NCBI GenBank assembly: GCA_951406725.2
Contig: OX597816.1
Location: forward strand, 174,592,001 to 174,656,000
From: Octopus vulgaris
Lineage: Eukaryota
DNA length: 64,000 nucleotides
Direction: 5' to 3'
In this document: one piece after another, positions 26,670 through 41,302 of the stretch
Numbering within the stretch: position 1 is the stretch's first letter
How the letters are laid out: the number at the start of each line of letters is the position of its first letter
Translations under genes and position numbers: made by a program
Notes under the pieces: generated by a model
What the model was told of the DNA's origin: nothing
Database searches by the model: none
The model's input: only the letters and a program-made list of their open reading frames with translations

Positions 26670-29600
26670 GAACATGTGCAAACCTTCAAAGGGCAGTTTT
26701 TTCAGTGTCATGGTTCGCATATGGTGAGAGACTGAAAGGAACCCAGGCCTGGAGTAACTTGCTATCGATGCAGACAAACAGGCCACATCGCTAGTGAATG
26801 CGTTCAGGGAAATGGTCTAAGGGAGACTACTGCAACGGTAGTTGTCTCGTTGAAAGAATAGAGGCGCGTATATGGTGTATACGGTTGTGGTGGAGGGAAA
26901 GGTATCATGAGCCCTCGTGGACATGGGCTGCTCAACAACCCTAATAACTCCGGTGGTGGAAGAAGAATGGAGTAGAGTAAGTAGTGTAAGGGCTGATGAT
27001 GGTATGGAAGTTGAATGCAGAGGAAGTAGCGATGTGGATGGACACCATTATCCATTTGGGAGGTGTCACGATCAATGAAGCCGGTGTAACGTTTGGTGAT
27101 GCAGGGGCCATGAGTTGACTATGAGCCATGAGTGCACGACAGGAGAGTGGTGAGAGCTGCAAAGAAAAATATGCTGCACACACCATTACAGACAAGGATC
27201 TTCGGGCTGTGTTCGATGGCCAGCAGTGGGCAGTGGAATGGTATTGGGAGGGAGATCCTCCAACATTGAAAAACGCAGTAGGCTGCTATCTGCATACCCT
27301 GAAAGGGGATGCCAAAAATGAGTTTGAGGGAGAGGTGGAACGGTGTATCAAGGAAGGGATTCTGATCCCTTGGAAGGAGGAAGTGGAGAGTGGAGTGCTA
27401 CTGCTGATGGCAGTGGTGCAGCCGACAAAGCATAAAGTCAGGCCAGTATTAGATTTCCGAGAGCTGAACAAACACATATTGTGCCTTACAGGCGGCAAGC
27501 CATGGACACTTGCAGTGAAACCTTCAGAGTTGATAGGAGCCTCCACAATCGTCAATTTGAAGTCGGCATACCTGCAGCTGCATGTGGCTGAGAGACTGGA
27601 AATATCAGCTAGTAAGGTACAAGGTTTGGACATACTGCCTGACCAGGTTGGGATTTGGGCTGAATTTAGCACCAACGATTATGGCGACAATTCTCAAAAC
27701 CATCCTGGGAAAGGCAGACAAAGTGAATAGTGCCACCAATTCCTATATTGATGACATCCTGGTGGATGCGAGCATAGTGTCGGCAAAGGAGGTCATAAGC
27801 CACCTGAAGAGTTTTGGGCAAACTGACAAACACCAGAGGTGATGGAAGGAGGAGCAACACTGGTACTCAAGCTATGGAGAGACAAGGCTAGTGTGTTGGT
27901 GCTGCGGAGAGAGTATGAGATCCGAGAACTGGGCTCCAAGACGAGTAGGCGGGAACTGTTTTCTGTGTGTGGGAAGCTGCTGGGACACTACCCGATTGCA
28001 GGATGGCTCTGCATGCAGCTTCATCAAGAGGTGAGCTGAAAGAGTGAGGTGGAGTGACAATGTGGGCAAGAAGACAACTGCCATGATGCAAGAAGCCTTG
28101 GAGAGAGTGACTGCGGAGGACTCAATAAGAGGAAACTGGTATGTGCTCAGATTGAAGAATGGGATCGTCTGGTGTGATGCTAGCAGCATAGCAACAGGAG
28201 TTGTCCTAGAAATTGGAGGTGTCGTGGTGGAGCATGTGGCCTGGCTCAGGAAGAAGGACGACTGCAACCACATCAACGTGGCAGAGCTGGATGCTGTGTT
28301 GAAGGGTTTGAATCTGGCCCTAAGGTGGGGGCTGTGTACCATCAAGATCCAGACTGAGTCAGTCACTGTACTTAGACGAGCAGGACCAGTGGTCACTGGC
28401 AAACGGAGGGTGCGAACCAAAGAGGGTGCAGAGATGCTGATAAGATGCTGTTTGGGAATTCTGGGCGAGCTAGCTGCTGAATTTGACCTGAGGCTGATTC
28501 TGGTTTTTGTGCCCTCTGAGAAGAATAGAGTGGACGTTCTGACCAGAGTAAAGAAAGCCTGGTTGCAGGTGCCAGAGGATATGGAGCAAAGAGTGGCTGC
28601 AGTTTATCAACTGAGTGACTCAGAGCTGAGGAGACTGCATACCATGCATCACATGGGGGTGGACAGGACCCTGTTCCTAGCCAGGAAAGTTGACTCTGAC
28701 ATGACCAAGCAGAGTGTGCAGAGAGTAGTTGGGAGCTGTGACAGGTGCCAGTCCATTGACCCTGCACTTGGTGTGCATGAGGCAGGAAGCATTCCAGTGG
28801 AACACAACTGGAAATGACTGGCAGTGGACATGATGCACTAACAGCAGGGGACACATCTCCTGATGGTTGACTGCGGACTGGGGCAGTTGGCCATATGGAG
28901 GGAGATGAAGACGGGGACCGCAGAGGAAATCACAAGAATACTAAATGAGATATTCCTAGAACGAGGCGCCATGGATGAGCTGCTTGTGGACAATGGCACT
29001 GCGTTTCGCTTGGAGGTGCTGAGGGAAATGCTCAACAAGTGGCATGTTAGCCGTTTCTTCAGGGCAGCATACCAGTGAAGTGACAATGGGGTTGTCGACA
29101 GGCATCATCGCACCATCAAGACCATAGAGGTTGTCTTTTGGTATATGTTGCCCAGGTTGGGACAAACTGAGGAGTCAGTGCCACACAGGACAATATTTAA
29201 GTATAAGTGGAGACATCCATGTATCACATCGCTGCAACCCACAGAAGAGAGAGAGCATGCCTTTGTGCAGGTCAGGGAAGAAGTCTGGGTTAAATCCCCA
29301 AATGCACGGTGCACATCACAATGGGGAAAGTGGACAATAACCTCTGTAAATTTGAGGAACAATGTGTCTGTAGATGGTATGCTGCGTCATATTTTGGATG
29401 TGCACAGGATCATCAATGCAATGGAAGATGGAGCCAACAGTAATGGACAAGAGGATGAAGCTGGCAGCAACATGCCAGGGACTGAGGCCAGTCCTGAAGT
29501 CCCATGGTGGTCACAGAGGAAGCGGTGCCCTCCTCACTGGTTGGCTGATTACAAGACAAGTTAAGAAATGTGGTCAGGGTTGAGAAGAGGGTGTGGGCAA

Positions 29601-29920
29601 GTTGGTCGAATGATCTTCAGATCAGGTGGGCATGTGGTGTTATGAACCAGGCTGTGTTGTACGGAAGGACCAGAAATGAGGGAGTACACGTCCTGTCAGA
29701 AGTGGTGCCTGTGGGTCCCACCGGAAGGGCCGAAGTAGGCATGCAGGGCTGGCGGGGCACGAGAGGTCAGTTGGTAGTGGACAGTGTACAAGAGCAGACC
29801 TGTTAGATGGTATGGCGGCAGACAGAGCATGTGGACGTTGTGAGCGACCCTTCCAGATAGACAGGTAAGACTACTGTAATTCTCTCTCTGCTTCCATCTT
29901 TTCCTCCTTCACATCACACA
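26670..29920 (+). mobile_element. Decayed, 5'-truncated Ty3/gypsy LTR retrotransposon, antisense in a Raver intron; probable 3' LTR ~29569-29920
   Basis: Gag knuckle CYRCRQTGHIASEC (~26760), protease ALVDMGCS (~26915), RT LDFRELN / LKSAYLQ / GFGLNLAP / YIDD, RNase H WCDAS...NVAELDA, integrase HHMGVDRT...CDRC and LVDNGTAF. Domain order PR-RT-RH-IN. Many stops and frameshifts. Confidence 0.92.
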
Positions 29921-30077
29921 GTGTAAGGGAGAAAGACAAACATTTCAATTGATGAAAGCAATTAATGCAAGCCTGCACATTCCATGTAGATTATTAGATA
30001 ACAAAATCTTAAATACAACATAAAAATAACAAAATAAAATCTACATAGAAATTAAATCGTATAGTGACAAAACTAAC

Positions 30078-30245
30078 CTGATTGTCATAGTAATTACTAT
30101 AGTTGTCATAATATTGGTCATTGCTAGTGGTTCCATATTGGTTGTTATATATAGTGCTGGAGTAATCAGTGGTGGCACTGGTGGTTCCAGTACCAAGGCT
30201 AGTGGATGGAACCAAACTACTGCTAGAACCAACATTGTTTCCAGT
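30078..30245 (-). CDS. RAVER: Raver exon, T/S/Y/N-rich, phase 0-0
   Basis: Long polypyrimidine-tAG acceptor, CAG|GTTAGT donor, 168 nt. Encodes TGNNVGSSSSLVPSTSLGTGTTSATTDYSSTIYNNQYGTTSNDQYYDNYSNYYDNQ. Confidence 0.87.
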
Positions 30246-31621
30246 CTAGACAAGGGAATGAAAAAGAAAGAAAAAAAAAACATTAATTAAAGACATTCCA
30301 ATCTCCCATTTCAAAACTCAGTGTGAGAGATAGAATGGCGTTTTCAGCATACCAGGAGAAATGTAGCTATTTCTCTGGGCAAGAAATGATTGTGGTAAAG
30401 ATGGGTGCTGGTTTAGGTGGAACTTTCACTTATTCTGTTTAATAAAATAATATCTATTAAATCTAGATGTTGGCTAGCAAATAGCTCACCATAGTTTAGT
30501 TCCCTATACAGCCAATGATGAATTTGGAAATATCTATTTACATGAAAACTGAGAGAAAATATTTCATGCAAATGAAAGCAAAATAAAACCACCATGATCC
30601 CCATATTCCCATGGTTAAATATAGCAACATTTGAACAGCTGCTGTTGTCTGCATTATTTTTATTGAACCAAGCTTCATAGGTTTGCTGAGCAAGCTAGCT
30701 TTTAGGTCTGTTAATTGTAATCCAGAGAATAGGTGACTTTACAGCAAGCCTAGTGACCATGTCAAGAAACAAGTAGTTTAGATTGCTACTAGCTCTAAAT
30801 GCAGTAATGGTGAGTGATTTTAAAGGAATTGCAACTAAGAAATAATAAAACTGTATAAGCCAAAGTTTTATTCTAAAATCTGTTACATAGCATTTCCTAG
30901 ACATTAAAAAAAACATCTGAATTTTTTCTTTCAGAAAGGTTTGAACCCTCTTTTGCAAATTTCATTAGTTGATAATTAACACAATATACAAACGACCTGA
31001 TAAGTCAATTGGGATATAATCCTTCCAACACCAGAACTGCCTTTCGTATTTGATATCACACAACAGGTTAGGGCAGCCAAGCATTTAACAGTTCTTCATT
31101 TATGCTTGGTTACAAATCTTAAATATCATTTTATTTTTTCTAATGACTTCTATGACTCACTGCATAATTTAGAGCATCACAGAAATCTTTGTAAGCCTGG
31201 TGGGGGTCCATCTTTTTCTATGATAAACTCTACAAGAGAGGTTTGAACTCAGTCCTAAAAGTAAACAAAATCTTCAGTCAACACACAGTACTCTCATCAC
31301 TTTACAAATTGATGATGATACCTGTTTATAGTTAAGCAAGGCTAAGCCATCTGTGGAGTATGTGCCTCAGCTATAACACAGCACAATTCTAGTGATACAG
31401 ATGCAAACTATCAAAATTTTGGTCAGTAGTTAGGTGTATTAATGATTATCTGTGATGTGCAATTTTATATTAACATTACAACAAAAAAAAAAAAAAGAAA
31501 AAAAAGAGGATCAAAAAGAGATGGATGGCAATGTAGTGGTTTCTATTATAGGCAATGCTGGCAGTTGAAAGACTTACAAGAGGGACAATAACATTATTTT
31601 CTGTTCAACATTACTGTAAAA

Positions 31622-31969
31622 TCTTTATATATAAAAGAGAGGTTGTGTGCTGTCTGTCTCCTACGATTTAGATTCCTAACTACTCCCACATTTTGCGGTG
31701 CAGTTTAACCAAAACCGGGTATCTTATAGTCGTGATTCATATCGAGCCCTTCTGGGTATTAGCGCGCGTCTACGATGAGTCTACGATTTTAAAAAAAATT
31801 TACCATCAATTTTTCCCATTTTTAATGCATTTTTGGCATATATAAGGGAAGTAACTCTCTAAAAAATTATTATTAAATCTCAGAACGTAAAAAGAGATGT
31901 AACATCTCTAAAAATGCTTATATAGTTATTTCCCTTACAAACCCGAGCAACGTCGGGCGATACTGCTAG
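31622..31969 (+). mobile_element. Non-autonomous Helitron
   Basis: Inserted between A and T with no TSD. 5' TC, subterminal hairpin CCCGAGCAACGTCGGG, 3' CTAG. Confidence 0.85.
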
Positions 31970-34900
31970 TTTATCATAAATGAATTCCTCATAAATAATA
32001 AACAGAGGCCGCCTTCTGCTGACATGGGTTGTGCAGGTTCACAGAATAACTTCTAAGAGCATATAACCAAAATGAATATCATTAGAAATCTGTAACATCA
32101 AAATGGTCCATAAATTATCACCATCATTTTAGTATCCATGTTCCAAACTTGATTAGCTTAAAGTTGCTCACCAACACATCATAACCCCTAACTCACAAAC
32201 ATGTCTCCACACTCAGTCCTTTTTACAACCACCGCTACCACTACTACAGTGGCCTCTGATCCTCACAGAAAACTGTCAAGCTGAAATATCTGCTTTGGCA
32301 AGGTTTCCATGTCTTGATGCCTTTCCTAACACCAATCATTTTACAGAGTGCACTGATAACATCAGCACTGGTAAAGTTATCTAGTAACTTATAAGGCAAA
32401 GAAGACATACCTCAGCAGAGTGGAGTTATAACAGAGGAGATGGCATTATACTAGATGATAAGAGGCAGGTGTTTTGCTATAGAAAAGATATATGGTTACC
32501 ACACATATAAGGATAGTTAGAAGTAGCTGAAAAGGAAAACAAGGATGGTTGTGCCAAGGCATAGGAGAGAATATGGACAGGATCAGGAAGGGTAGGTAAG
32601 TTCATAGGTGAGAGGAGGGTGACAACTGGTTAAAGATAGGGATAGAGATGAATGTATTCTTTTCTACTCCATACGAGAAAAGCCCAACATTTTTGGGGAG
32701 GGGCCAGTCAGTTAGATCGACTCCAGTGTGCAACTGGTGCTTAATTTATCGACCCTGAAAGGAAGAAAGGCAAAGTCGACCTCTTGGGAATTTGAACTCA
32801 GAACATAAAGACAGATGAAATTCCGCAAAGCATTTCGCCCAACATTCTAACATTTCTGCCAGCTGGCCGCCTTATAGAGGCGAATTATTGAATGATTAAG
32901 GGTGGAGGAGAGGTTGACAGTAAATATCAGTCGGGGGAGGGTGTATATAGGAGTCAGTGGGGGGGATGTATATAGAAGAAGCTCAAAAAAGAGATAAGTG
33001 CTGGAAAGGTAGAGAGCAGTAGTATAATTAACCTGTATATAGATCATAAAATAAAATGATGGTATGGGGTGGGGAGAGAGAGAGAGAGTGACAGCTATGA
33101 ATGTCAGAAATATGTAAAGGTGGATATAGCGAGTGGGGAATAAGGGGGAACTGCCAAAGGCAGATACGAGTGGATGTTGGGAATGATAGTAAGGATGAGA
33201 GAGTGTTAACCCTTTAGCATTTCAACCAGCCATATCAGGTCTAAATATTATGTTTTATGTTTATCCTATAATGTCATTCAAAAATAAATAATTACATCAC
33301 TGTAATCTCAAAGCTACAAGATAATGCATGTTTAATTCAAAACAATGTGAATAAATAAGCATTATATTTCACAGAGTAATCCAAATGCTAACGAGTTAGA
33401 GATGAAATATAGCAATCCTAAGATGTAGAAAGGATGATATAGTATATAAATGCATAGTGAAGTCACAGAGATTTGGTTTGAAATGGCTTTCATGAAACTT
33501 TTATTAAGCAAATTTTCACCAGGTATTTTATAAAGTGATGACTTCTACTATTCCACATAAGAGCAGAGAAAATAAAGGGAGCTTTTGCAGTCACAGTAAA
33601 AACAACTTTTAATGCATTCAATTGTAATAACTAGACAGTACTATAAAAGATATCCTCTCAGCAAGAAAAGTGCTAAGCTAAAGAAAACATTCAGATCATC
33701 AAAGTATATTGGTAGTGGAAACTGGACATTAAGCTGATGACAGCAAGTATTACTGTAACTAGCAAAAAGACTGCCCTCCAGGCAGTTTTTTTGCTAACCT
33801 CTTGATAATATTTTCACATTTGATTATCAATTCTAATAATTTTTATATTTTACATCTAATTATTTCTTTGTGTAACAGTGCTCACTTGCTTAGTAAATAT
33901 TGCTGTCATTATTTCATCACAGTCATAATCTCCTTTTTTTAAACAAACATCACAGTAGTCCAACAATAGAGGGAGAAGCAATTTGTCAAGTTTTTGCCAT
34001 CTACTCAAAGCAACATAGAAATTTCAATTCAGCAGCCCATCTGTAAGCTTTGCAGTGTGTGTGTGTGTGTGTGAGAAAGAGGAGGGGAGAGAGACATTGC
34101 AAACAATGAATGAAAAACATGAAATGAAAAAAATCATATAAATAAAAAGGCATTACTATAGATGTATACGCTTCCTAACTTTGTTGCCTCATCCACAAAA
34201 ACGATATTTTTTAACAAAATTTTCTACAAACACTGCTTAGATGTTGTGAATTGAGAGTACATAGGGATTCATAGGAAAGAATTTTTCCGAAGGGGTGGAG
34301 AGAGGAGTTTTGGAAAAATTCACATGATCTGACTTTTTTTCCCTCATAACTTTCAGGAAGATGGGTATCTTCTCATGAAAATTTATACAAATCCCTTTCA
34401 AATGGCATAGATTACGATTATGAAGAAATTTATGATGAAAATTTTTTCAGGGATTTTCCCCATTTTTTTAAAACCACAGCTTTCGAAGTGATGGGGTGGG
34501 GGTTGAGGTGCATCTGTGTATAAAAAAAGTTTTGAAAACTCTTTTTTTTTTACAACCCCCTCCCTAAACTTCCCACTTGGCCCTATTTTGGTCATTTTTT
34601 TTTTGCACTTCAAAACCATGGGAAGAGCATTCTCAGTCAAAAATTTATTTAAAAAATGTTAATATTTTGAGAGTGAGTGATTTAAGGATGATTTGGCTGT
34701 TGTTTCTAGCACATCCAAAGACAACCTTCCTTGTTTCTTTATCACTCTCACATGTATTCGTGTTTTTCAATAATTTCCCTCCCATAAATACATTTATATG
34801 CTATAAAAAAGACAATTTGAGAAATTATGAGTTTTCTGCAACCCCCCTCCCTGGCCCTGATTGTTTCTGTTTAGAAATTAAAATATTGGAGAGCCTGAGA

Positions 34901-36353
34901 AGATCATTGCTGGCATTTATGCACAGTGAATTAAAAAAATTACAGAGATGTACTCGCATAGCAAATGACTTGATCTGAGATCATGTGCTGAAACAAAAAC
35001 AATTGCAGTGTAGATGTTTATAAGCCATTCAAGAACACACAAAAACTGTCAGTTTCACGGCACTACTTAAATACAGAGGTCCCGGTGCATCTACGTAACG
35101 AGATGAAGGGGAGGGTTAGTTTTAGGGTTACAGTTAGGGTGTCTTTACACGTCCACACAGCGTACATTTAAAATGTTTTGTATGTAATACCTTCATTACG
35201 GGGTCCCCTCCTTTCAAGCTGTAAGGCAACCCCAACAGGACTGATACTGCAAAAAGCACTCAGTACACTGTGTATGCGGTGGGTAATCAATCTGAGCAAC
35301 AACACAGAGTTTAAGAGGAGTTTTTAATCGTGCTGATGGGAAGGTAACTGGTGTAGTACTGGTACAAGAAAATGCATCCAGTACACTCTATAAATTGGAT
35401 GGTTTTAGAAAGGACATCCAACCATAGAAACCATACCAAAAATGAGATAATGAAGCAAGTAATGATTCTCTGACCTATTACATCCTGTCAAACCATCCAA
35501 GCCATGTCAGCATGGAAAACAGACATAAAATGATGATGCTGATGATGATATCCTGAGGTGATATCCTCAGCATTATAGTAAAGTTGTTTTCCTAAAGGCT
35601 TTGCCATAACATGGAATTCTACAATGCAAAAACCAATTTTTCCATTGATATCTATATTATAAATTGAAATGCATTCTCAGAACTTTTTTTGGTGTTTGTG
35701 AGTGGGAAAGTAAAATAATCCCATTTACACATGAGAATAATCATTTTTAAACCCATACGATATACATAAAAACATCTAAAGAAAATTACATTAGGGAATA
35801 AAAAAAAAAACACTTTTGGTCTGTTTGTCAGTCCACCTCTCAACAATATTTGCTATGGCGGGATATATTTCCCACAGAAGATTGAAAACAAACAACATTG
35901 CTTATACAACTGTACTTATATGATGGTTGCTTACAACCATCACACTGTGTCAAGACAAAGATACACACAAACACACACACATATATGCATTCATTGGTGC
36001 AGCCTTCGGGCTCCCCAGACTCCAGTTGAACCGTCCAACCCATGCTAGCATGGAAAGCGGACGTTAAATGAGGATGATGATGATATATCACAGTTTCTAT
36101 CAACCAAATCCTCTCACAAGGTTTTGATTGGCACAAGAACATAGTGGTAGACATTTGCATAAAGGTGCCATGCAGTAGGAATGAACCTGAATGAATGAAA
36201 CTACATGAATGAGAACCAAGTTTTTTAGATGAATATATATATATATATATCCAACCTGCATCTAGTAATGATTTTTAAAAATAATTGTCAAAGTAGATTG
36301 TGCAGGGAAAGGGTATAATCAACTGAATGAACATTAACAACTTATATTATCTG

Positions 36354-36584
36354 TTTCTTTATTACCCACAAGGGGCTAAACATAGAGGGGACAAACAAGG
36401 ACAGACAAATGGATTAAATCGATTACATCGACCCCAGTGCGTAACTGGTACTTAATTTATCGACCCCGAAAGGATGAAAGGCAAAGTCGACCTCGGCGGA
36501 ATTTGAACTCAGAACGCAACGACAGACGCAATACTGCTAAGCATTTCGCCCGGTGTGCTAACGTTTCTGCCAACTCACCGCCTT
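36354..36584 (-). mobile_element. SINE family C, full length
   Basis: Reverse complement of 12610-12812 with an intact head GGCGGTGAGTTGGCAGAAACGTTAGCA. Confidence 0.85.
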
Positions 36585-36760
36585 ATATTATCATTAGAAG
36601 AACTATGAGATATCAAAAATAATAGTAGCAATAACAACAATTTAATAACATGATTTCAAGAATAATATACTTATTGCATTACATAACTAGTATGACAGTA
36701 AAAAAATGAATGCATATCATAGCAAAATAATACAAGATGTTTAAAAAGCAAAGTATATAC

Positions 36761-37780
36761 CTGATAGTTGTAACTTGAACTATACTGTCCAGTTCGAGGC
36801 TGGCTATTGTAACTTGAAGTTCCACGGCTCGTTGAGTAACCAGAAGACATTCTGTCGTATACGTAACTTCCAGATGACTGATTTGATTGACTTGCTTCTG
36901 GTTCATTCAACAGGCTGCTTCTTTTGGATGTATCATAACTGTATGTACCCCTGCTCAGTCTCTGAGAAGTTGTATCACTGTAGCTCCTATTGTCAGAGGT
37001 GTAAGAACTGTTAAGAGATCCAGATCTACCAGCTGAGAAAGAACTGCTGGAATTGGACTTACTCACTACTGGAGGGCTTCCAAGCAATGAACCTGCTCCT
37101 ATCATAGCAGTCTTGTCTTTACTGACAGGCGTGGTTCTCTGATTGGAGTTGGTGTTGCCCTTGTTAGAGGCCATCTGCTGAGCTGCAGCTAGAACTTGTA
37201 AATTACGCATAAAGTTAGCAGCTGCTACCATGTTTTGATTAAAGTTTCCAAAGCCCGGAGAACTACCTGCTTTTTGATTAGGGCTAGGAAGGAGACCAGG
37301 CTTGCCAATAGCATTGGCGAGTGATGGAATATTCATGCTTGGTGAGCCACCCCAGTTGCTCTTCTGCTGTTGGTTTGAGATGAAAGCACCAGTTTGGGAA
37401 GTATTCTTGTCACTTCCTTGATTCAGGTTTGCTGCCAACCCTTGCAGATTATTGCTGTTCTGCATTGTGCTCATTAACTGACCAAGTGCCATCAATTGTT
37501 GGATGTTCAAGTTTTGAATTTTCTGAACATCAGAAACTGGAGTCTGAGTAAATGGTACCTTAACAGGTTTTGGCAAAGCGGCATTTCCTTCATTGAAACC
37601 AGTAGGTAGAGGATTCACATCTTGGTTTTGTCTTTTGGCAGCACTTGCTTTTTTGTCATCTGATGATGGTTCTTTGTTCATTTGAGACATTAAATTCTGA
37701 ACGAGGATGTTAGCTTGAGCAGTCATAGGGTCGCCCAAGAGTGAAGGCTTCTGTCCTTTGAGGACAGCTTGAAAGTTGGA
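36761..37780 (-). CDS. RAVER: Raver large exon (340 codons, phase 0-0) with PTB-interacting motifs
   Basis: ttcttttgcatAG acceptor, CAG|GTATAT donor, 1020 nt open. Contains KPSLLGDPM, PGLLPSP, GSLLGSPP and SSLLNEP. Confidence 0.92.
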
Positions 37781-40700
37781 CTATGCAAAAGAACAAGAAA
37801 ATAATTAGCCAGAAATATAGTTGAAATGCTGAAATTAAAAACAAACTTTCAAGAGAAATAAAAATTTACTTTCTCCAGACATTCTTTTAAGTCAGATATG
37901 AGATACACCAATAATTGATTAGCAACAGGGGGACTCACAATATAAGAACAGATAACTCATGATAGTATCATTAGTGAAATGATGTAAAAGCACAAATGGT
38001 GTATTGTTTGTTGTTAGAGACAATGAGGTCCAAGTGCCAGATTACTTACCCCTGCTAGGTTCAAATGTTACTATTGCAAACACAGTGCTGTATTCCAAAA
38101 TAAAGTACACGTTTCCTGCTTCAGTTAATCTGTCTAGGGTTAAGGACATTCTGTAGTGGTTGATTCGGCCCAGTTCGTTTGGTCTCACTAATTTGGTACT
38201 GAATTCATTTGGCATTGGATATTTTGGCCCTGAGATATTTTGATGCTAAGAAGATTTTCTTTTTATTCCACATAACTAACTTCTTCGAAAGGAACATTAC
38301 TCAATTACCAAATAAAGATTTGAATAAAATTATATCATTTCATAGATAGTATAGCAATCATATGTTGCTAGAAGGAGGTGGGATAATTTCTCAACACCTA
38401 ATTTTATTTTAGACTATGATGTTGCATTAATCTTTGTCCATGTCTTCACCAAAAGCACAGTTGACATTATGAAAATGTTTTGGAAGTTGAAACCAATTTT
38501 GTCGACATTTATAGTTCTGTGCTAAAACAGTATTTATACTGGTTTTGAGTTTGAATCTTACAATTGCCGTCTAAGTGCTTACTCCAGTTTGTCAAGCTGT
38601 GGTAGGAAAAAAATTTCCTCAACAAAAGAAATCTATCCACTTGTGTGTGTGAGGGGAATGTAAATCAGCTATTTTTTTAATTACTATATTTGTTTTATTG
38701 CTATATTTGCACTTTTTAACTCTAACCATTCATGCATGAAGTAAATTAGTGGAAGATTGAACCCAAAGAAGAATATATTCCTTTTATTACAGATGTAACA
38801 GTACAATTTCTGTACATATGAGAATGGATTACTGTAGTGCACAGCTATCTCTCTCTTCCATATACACATATACCCACATTTTCTTTATAACAATGCAAGT
38901 AAACAAGTCCACCAAAGCCATTTTCTCTCTCACCACAAAAAAGCCAAAAAGGACATATGTTTTTATTGTTAAAGACATGTTTTGTTAGGTAACAAGTCTG
39001 TGAGGACAGTCTAAAAGCTTCAATACATTTCAAGAAGCACATGCATAAAAGAAAGTGGTGTGTGATAGATGAATGAACAAAACACACACAAGCACATGAT
39101 TTTTATGCTGCTTTTTACTCCATACTGAAATAAATTGAATGAGATTTACTAAGACAATATTCTATGGCTGGATGCCCTTCTTGTCACCAACCCTCACTTG
39201 CTTTTCAAAGTAAGATATTTATATTTCATTGCTCTTCAAACATGGACAACCACCAAATAGGTGGATGTATCATTTACAGAAACATTGCTGTTGCTCAAAT
39301 AGTACTACTGTGAAGACACACGGAATCAAATAGTTTCCACACAATTTTAGGCCACTAGTCACCAAATTTCCTTCACAAGTCATTGATAAACCCAAGGTAA
39401 TAATACAAAGACATTCCAGGTGCCACACAATACGGTGGAAGCTGAAACTCTGGTTTCAAAGCAAACTTTGTAATGGCACAAATACTGTGTGCCTATACGA
39501 GAGAGAGAGAGAGAGAGAGAGAGCACATTTATGCTTATAAAAACCAGAACATGTGCATAGCTTTCACTGTTTGTTACATGCAATATGACTAAGTTAACTG
39601 AATCAAAAGAGAAACCAATGCTGTTCTGTCTTGGCTAAAACAAAGAGGATCAACATGGTATATCTGAGTGCCCCAAAATGTTGGACTGAAACCATTGCAT
39701 CTTTGTGTCATCTCTTTTACTCAAAAATTGTGTGCATGTGTGTACACAATTTGATAGTCACATAGGTTACTTCACAACAGCTACAAACCTGGTGCTTAGT
39801 CATTAAAAACAAGGAAGAATGGGTAAAGTCAAGAGAGAAATCAAATATTTCAACTTAATTTCTATATCAGAAGGCATGAGCACAACACAAATATTGAGTC
39901 AGGAGGGAAGATAGTGCCATAACCCTTTATAAGGACTCCAAGAGTGATAGGAGGAAGAAGGTATCCTCAAATTGGAGACCTGGCCCAAATATTTGCAACA
40001 GAGTGGCCTATCCTAATGGCATCAAAAATAAGCCATGGTAGGTTTGAACTCAGCAGGAACAAATACTGCAAGACATCTGATCTGTCATTCTTGCAATTCT
40101 GCCAATCCACTGTTCTGGAGTGGTACTTTATTTACCCGAAAAGACTGAAAGGCAAAGTTCAGCATGACTGGATTTAGACTTAGAGCACAGAGATTCAGAA
40201 GGCATTCTACCCAATATTCTTCATTAGAACAACAAATTTAATGTAAAGATCAGTAAAATAGCAGTCAAATACAAGGGTAATTTAAATTATTGCCTTTTCT
40301 AAACATTCTACACATGCTAGCTTTAGAAATTATTATTACATGTTCACTGTAACATATTAATGAAATTACCACATCTTTTACTATAACATGAAATACACAT
40401 TAAATTTGTTGTACTAATGAAGAATGTTGTGTAAAAAGATGATAATAAAATGTAAACAGATGTGACTAAATAGTCCAACACATTTAATCTATCAACAGCC
40501 ATAACTATCATATGACACTTTGATGCTCCAAAGGTTGTGCTAATTCACTGGTTACTCAAATACTAAAATGAATTCTTTAAAGACAATTATGCTGAAGCTT
40601 TAAACAGGAAAGTAGATTTGAGAAAAGAAAAAACAAACACAAAAAAAAAACAGTTTAAAAAATGTAGTAAAAGAGGGGGGGGGGGGCAGTCAGATGTGAA

Positions 40701-41302
40701 AAAAGAAACAGACAGAACAAAAGACACAATGGAGTAAGAAAAGATTTAGAAGGGAGGAAAATTCAATAGGTAAATAAAACTTTGTGAGACTTCAATAAAT
40801 AGAGGAAAATATTTTAAATTGGGAAAGGGTTAGTGAAGCTGAGAATGAAGGCTTCTGGAGCACAACAAATTTTGTGAACAGTTTAATTTGTTTTATAGAA
40901 ATCTGCCTGAGTCTAAGGTACACAACCATCTATTTTAAGTTATTTTAATTTAAAGCTTGCATCATGATTTTATGCAAGATGTATTTTCATTGTTTCAAGT
41001 ACCAGAAAGAATAGCAATGGAAAATTCACTATATCAAATAATACTGCTTAAAAAACAAACAAACAAAAGAAAACCTTATTGTATTTCATTAAAAATAGAA
41101 TTAAATCTGAAGATGAGAAGGCAGTTTCTATTCCATTTTCTGAAAAATTAAGATGAACTGAGCCAGGATTTAAATACAGACTGAGTAAACATGTTACAGG
41201 TAACAAAAAAACTCCACAGAAAGTATTTTTTCCTCTGACAGACAGGTATGTGTGCATGCATGGGTGTGCACACACAAGTGGATGAATAAACACGAAATAA
41301 CA

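Noticed and set aside
34165-34900. Probable non-autonomous element with internal subrepeats (related piece at ~47290-47420); ORF 34577-34978
   Set aside because: Termini could not be defined and the ORF has no recognisable motif.
35111-35140. Telomere-like TTAGGG units
   Set aside because: Only two or three degenerate units inside a probable repeat, not an interstitial telomere array.
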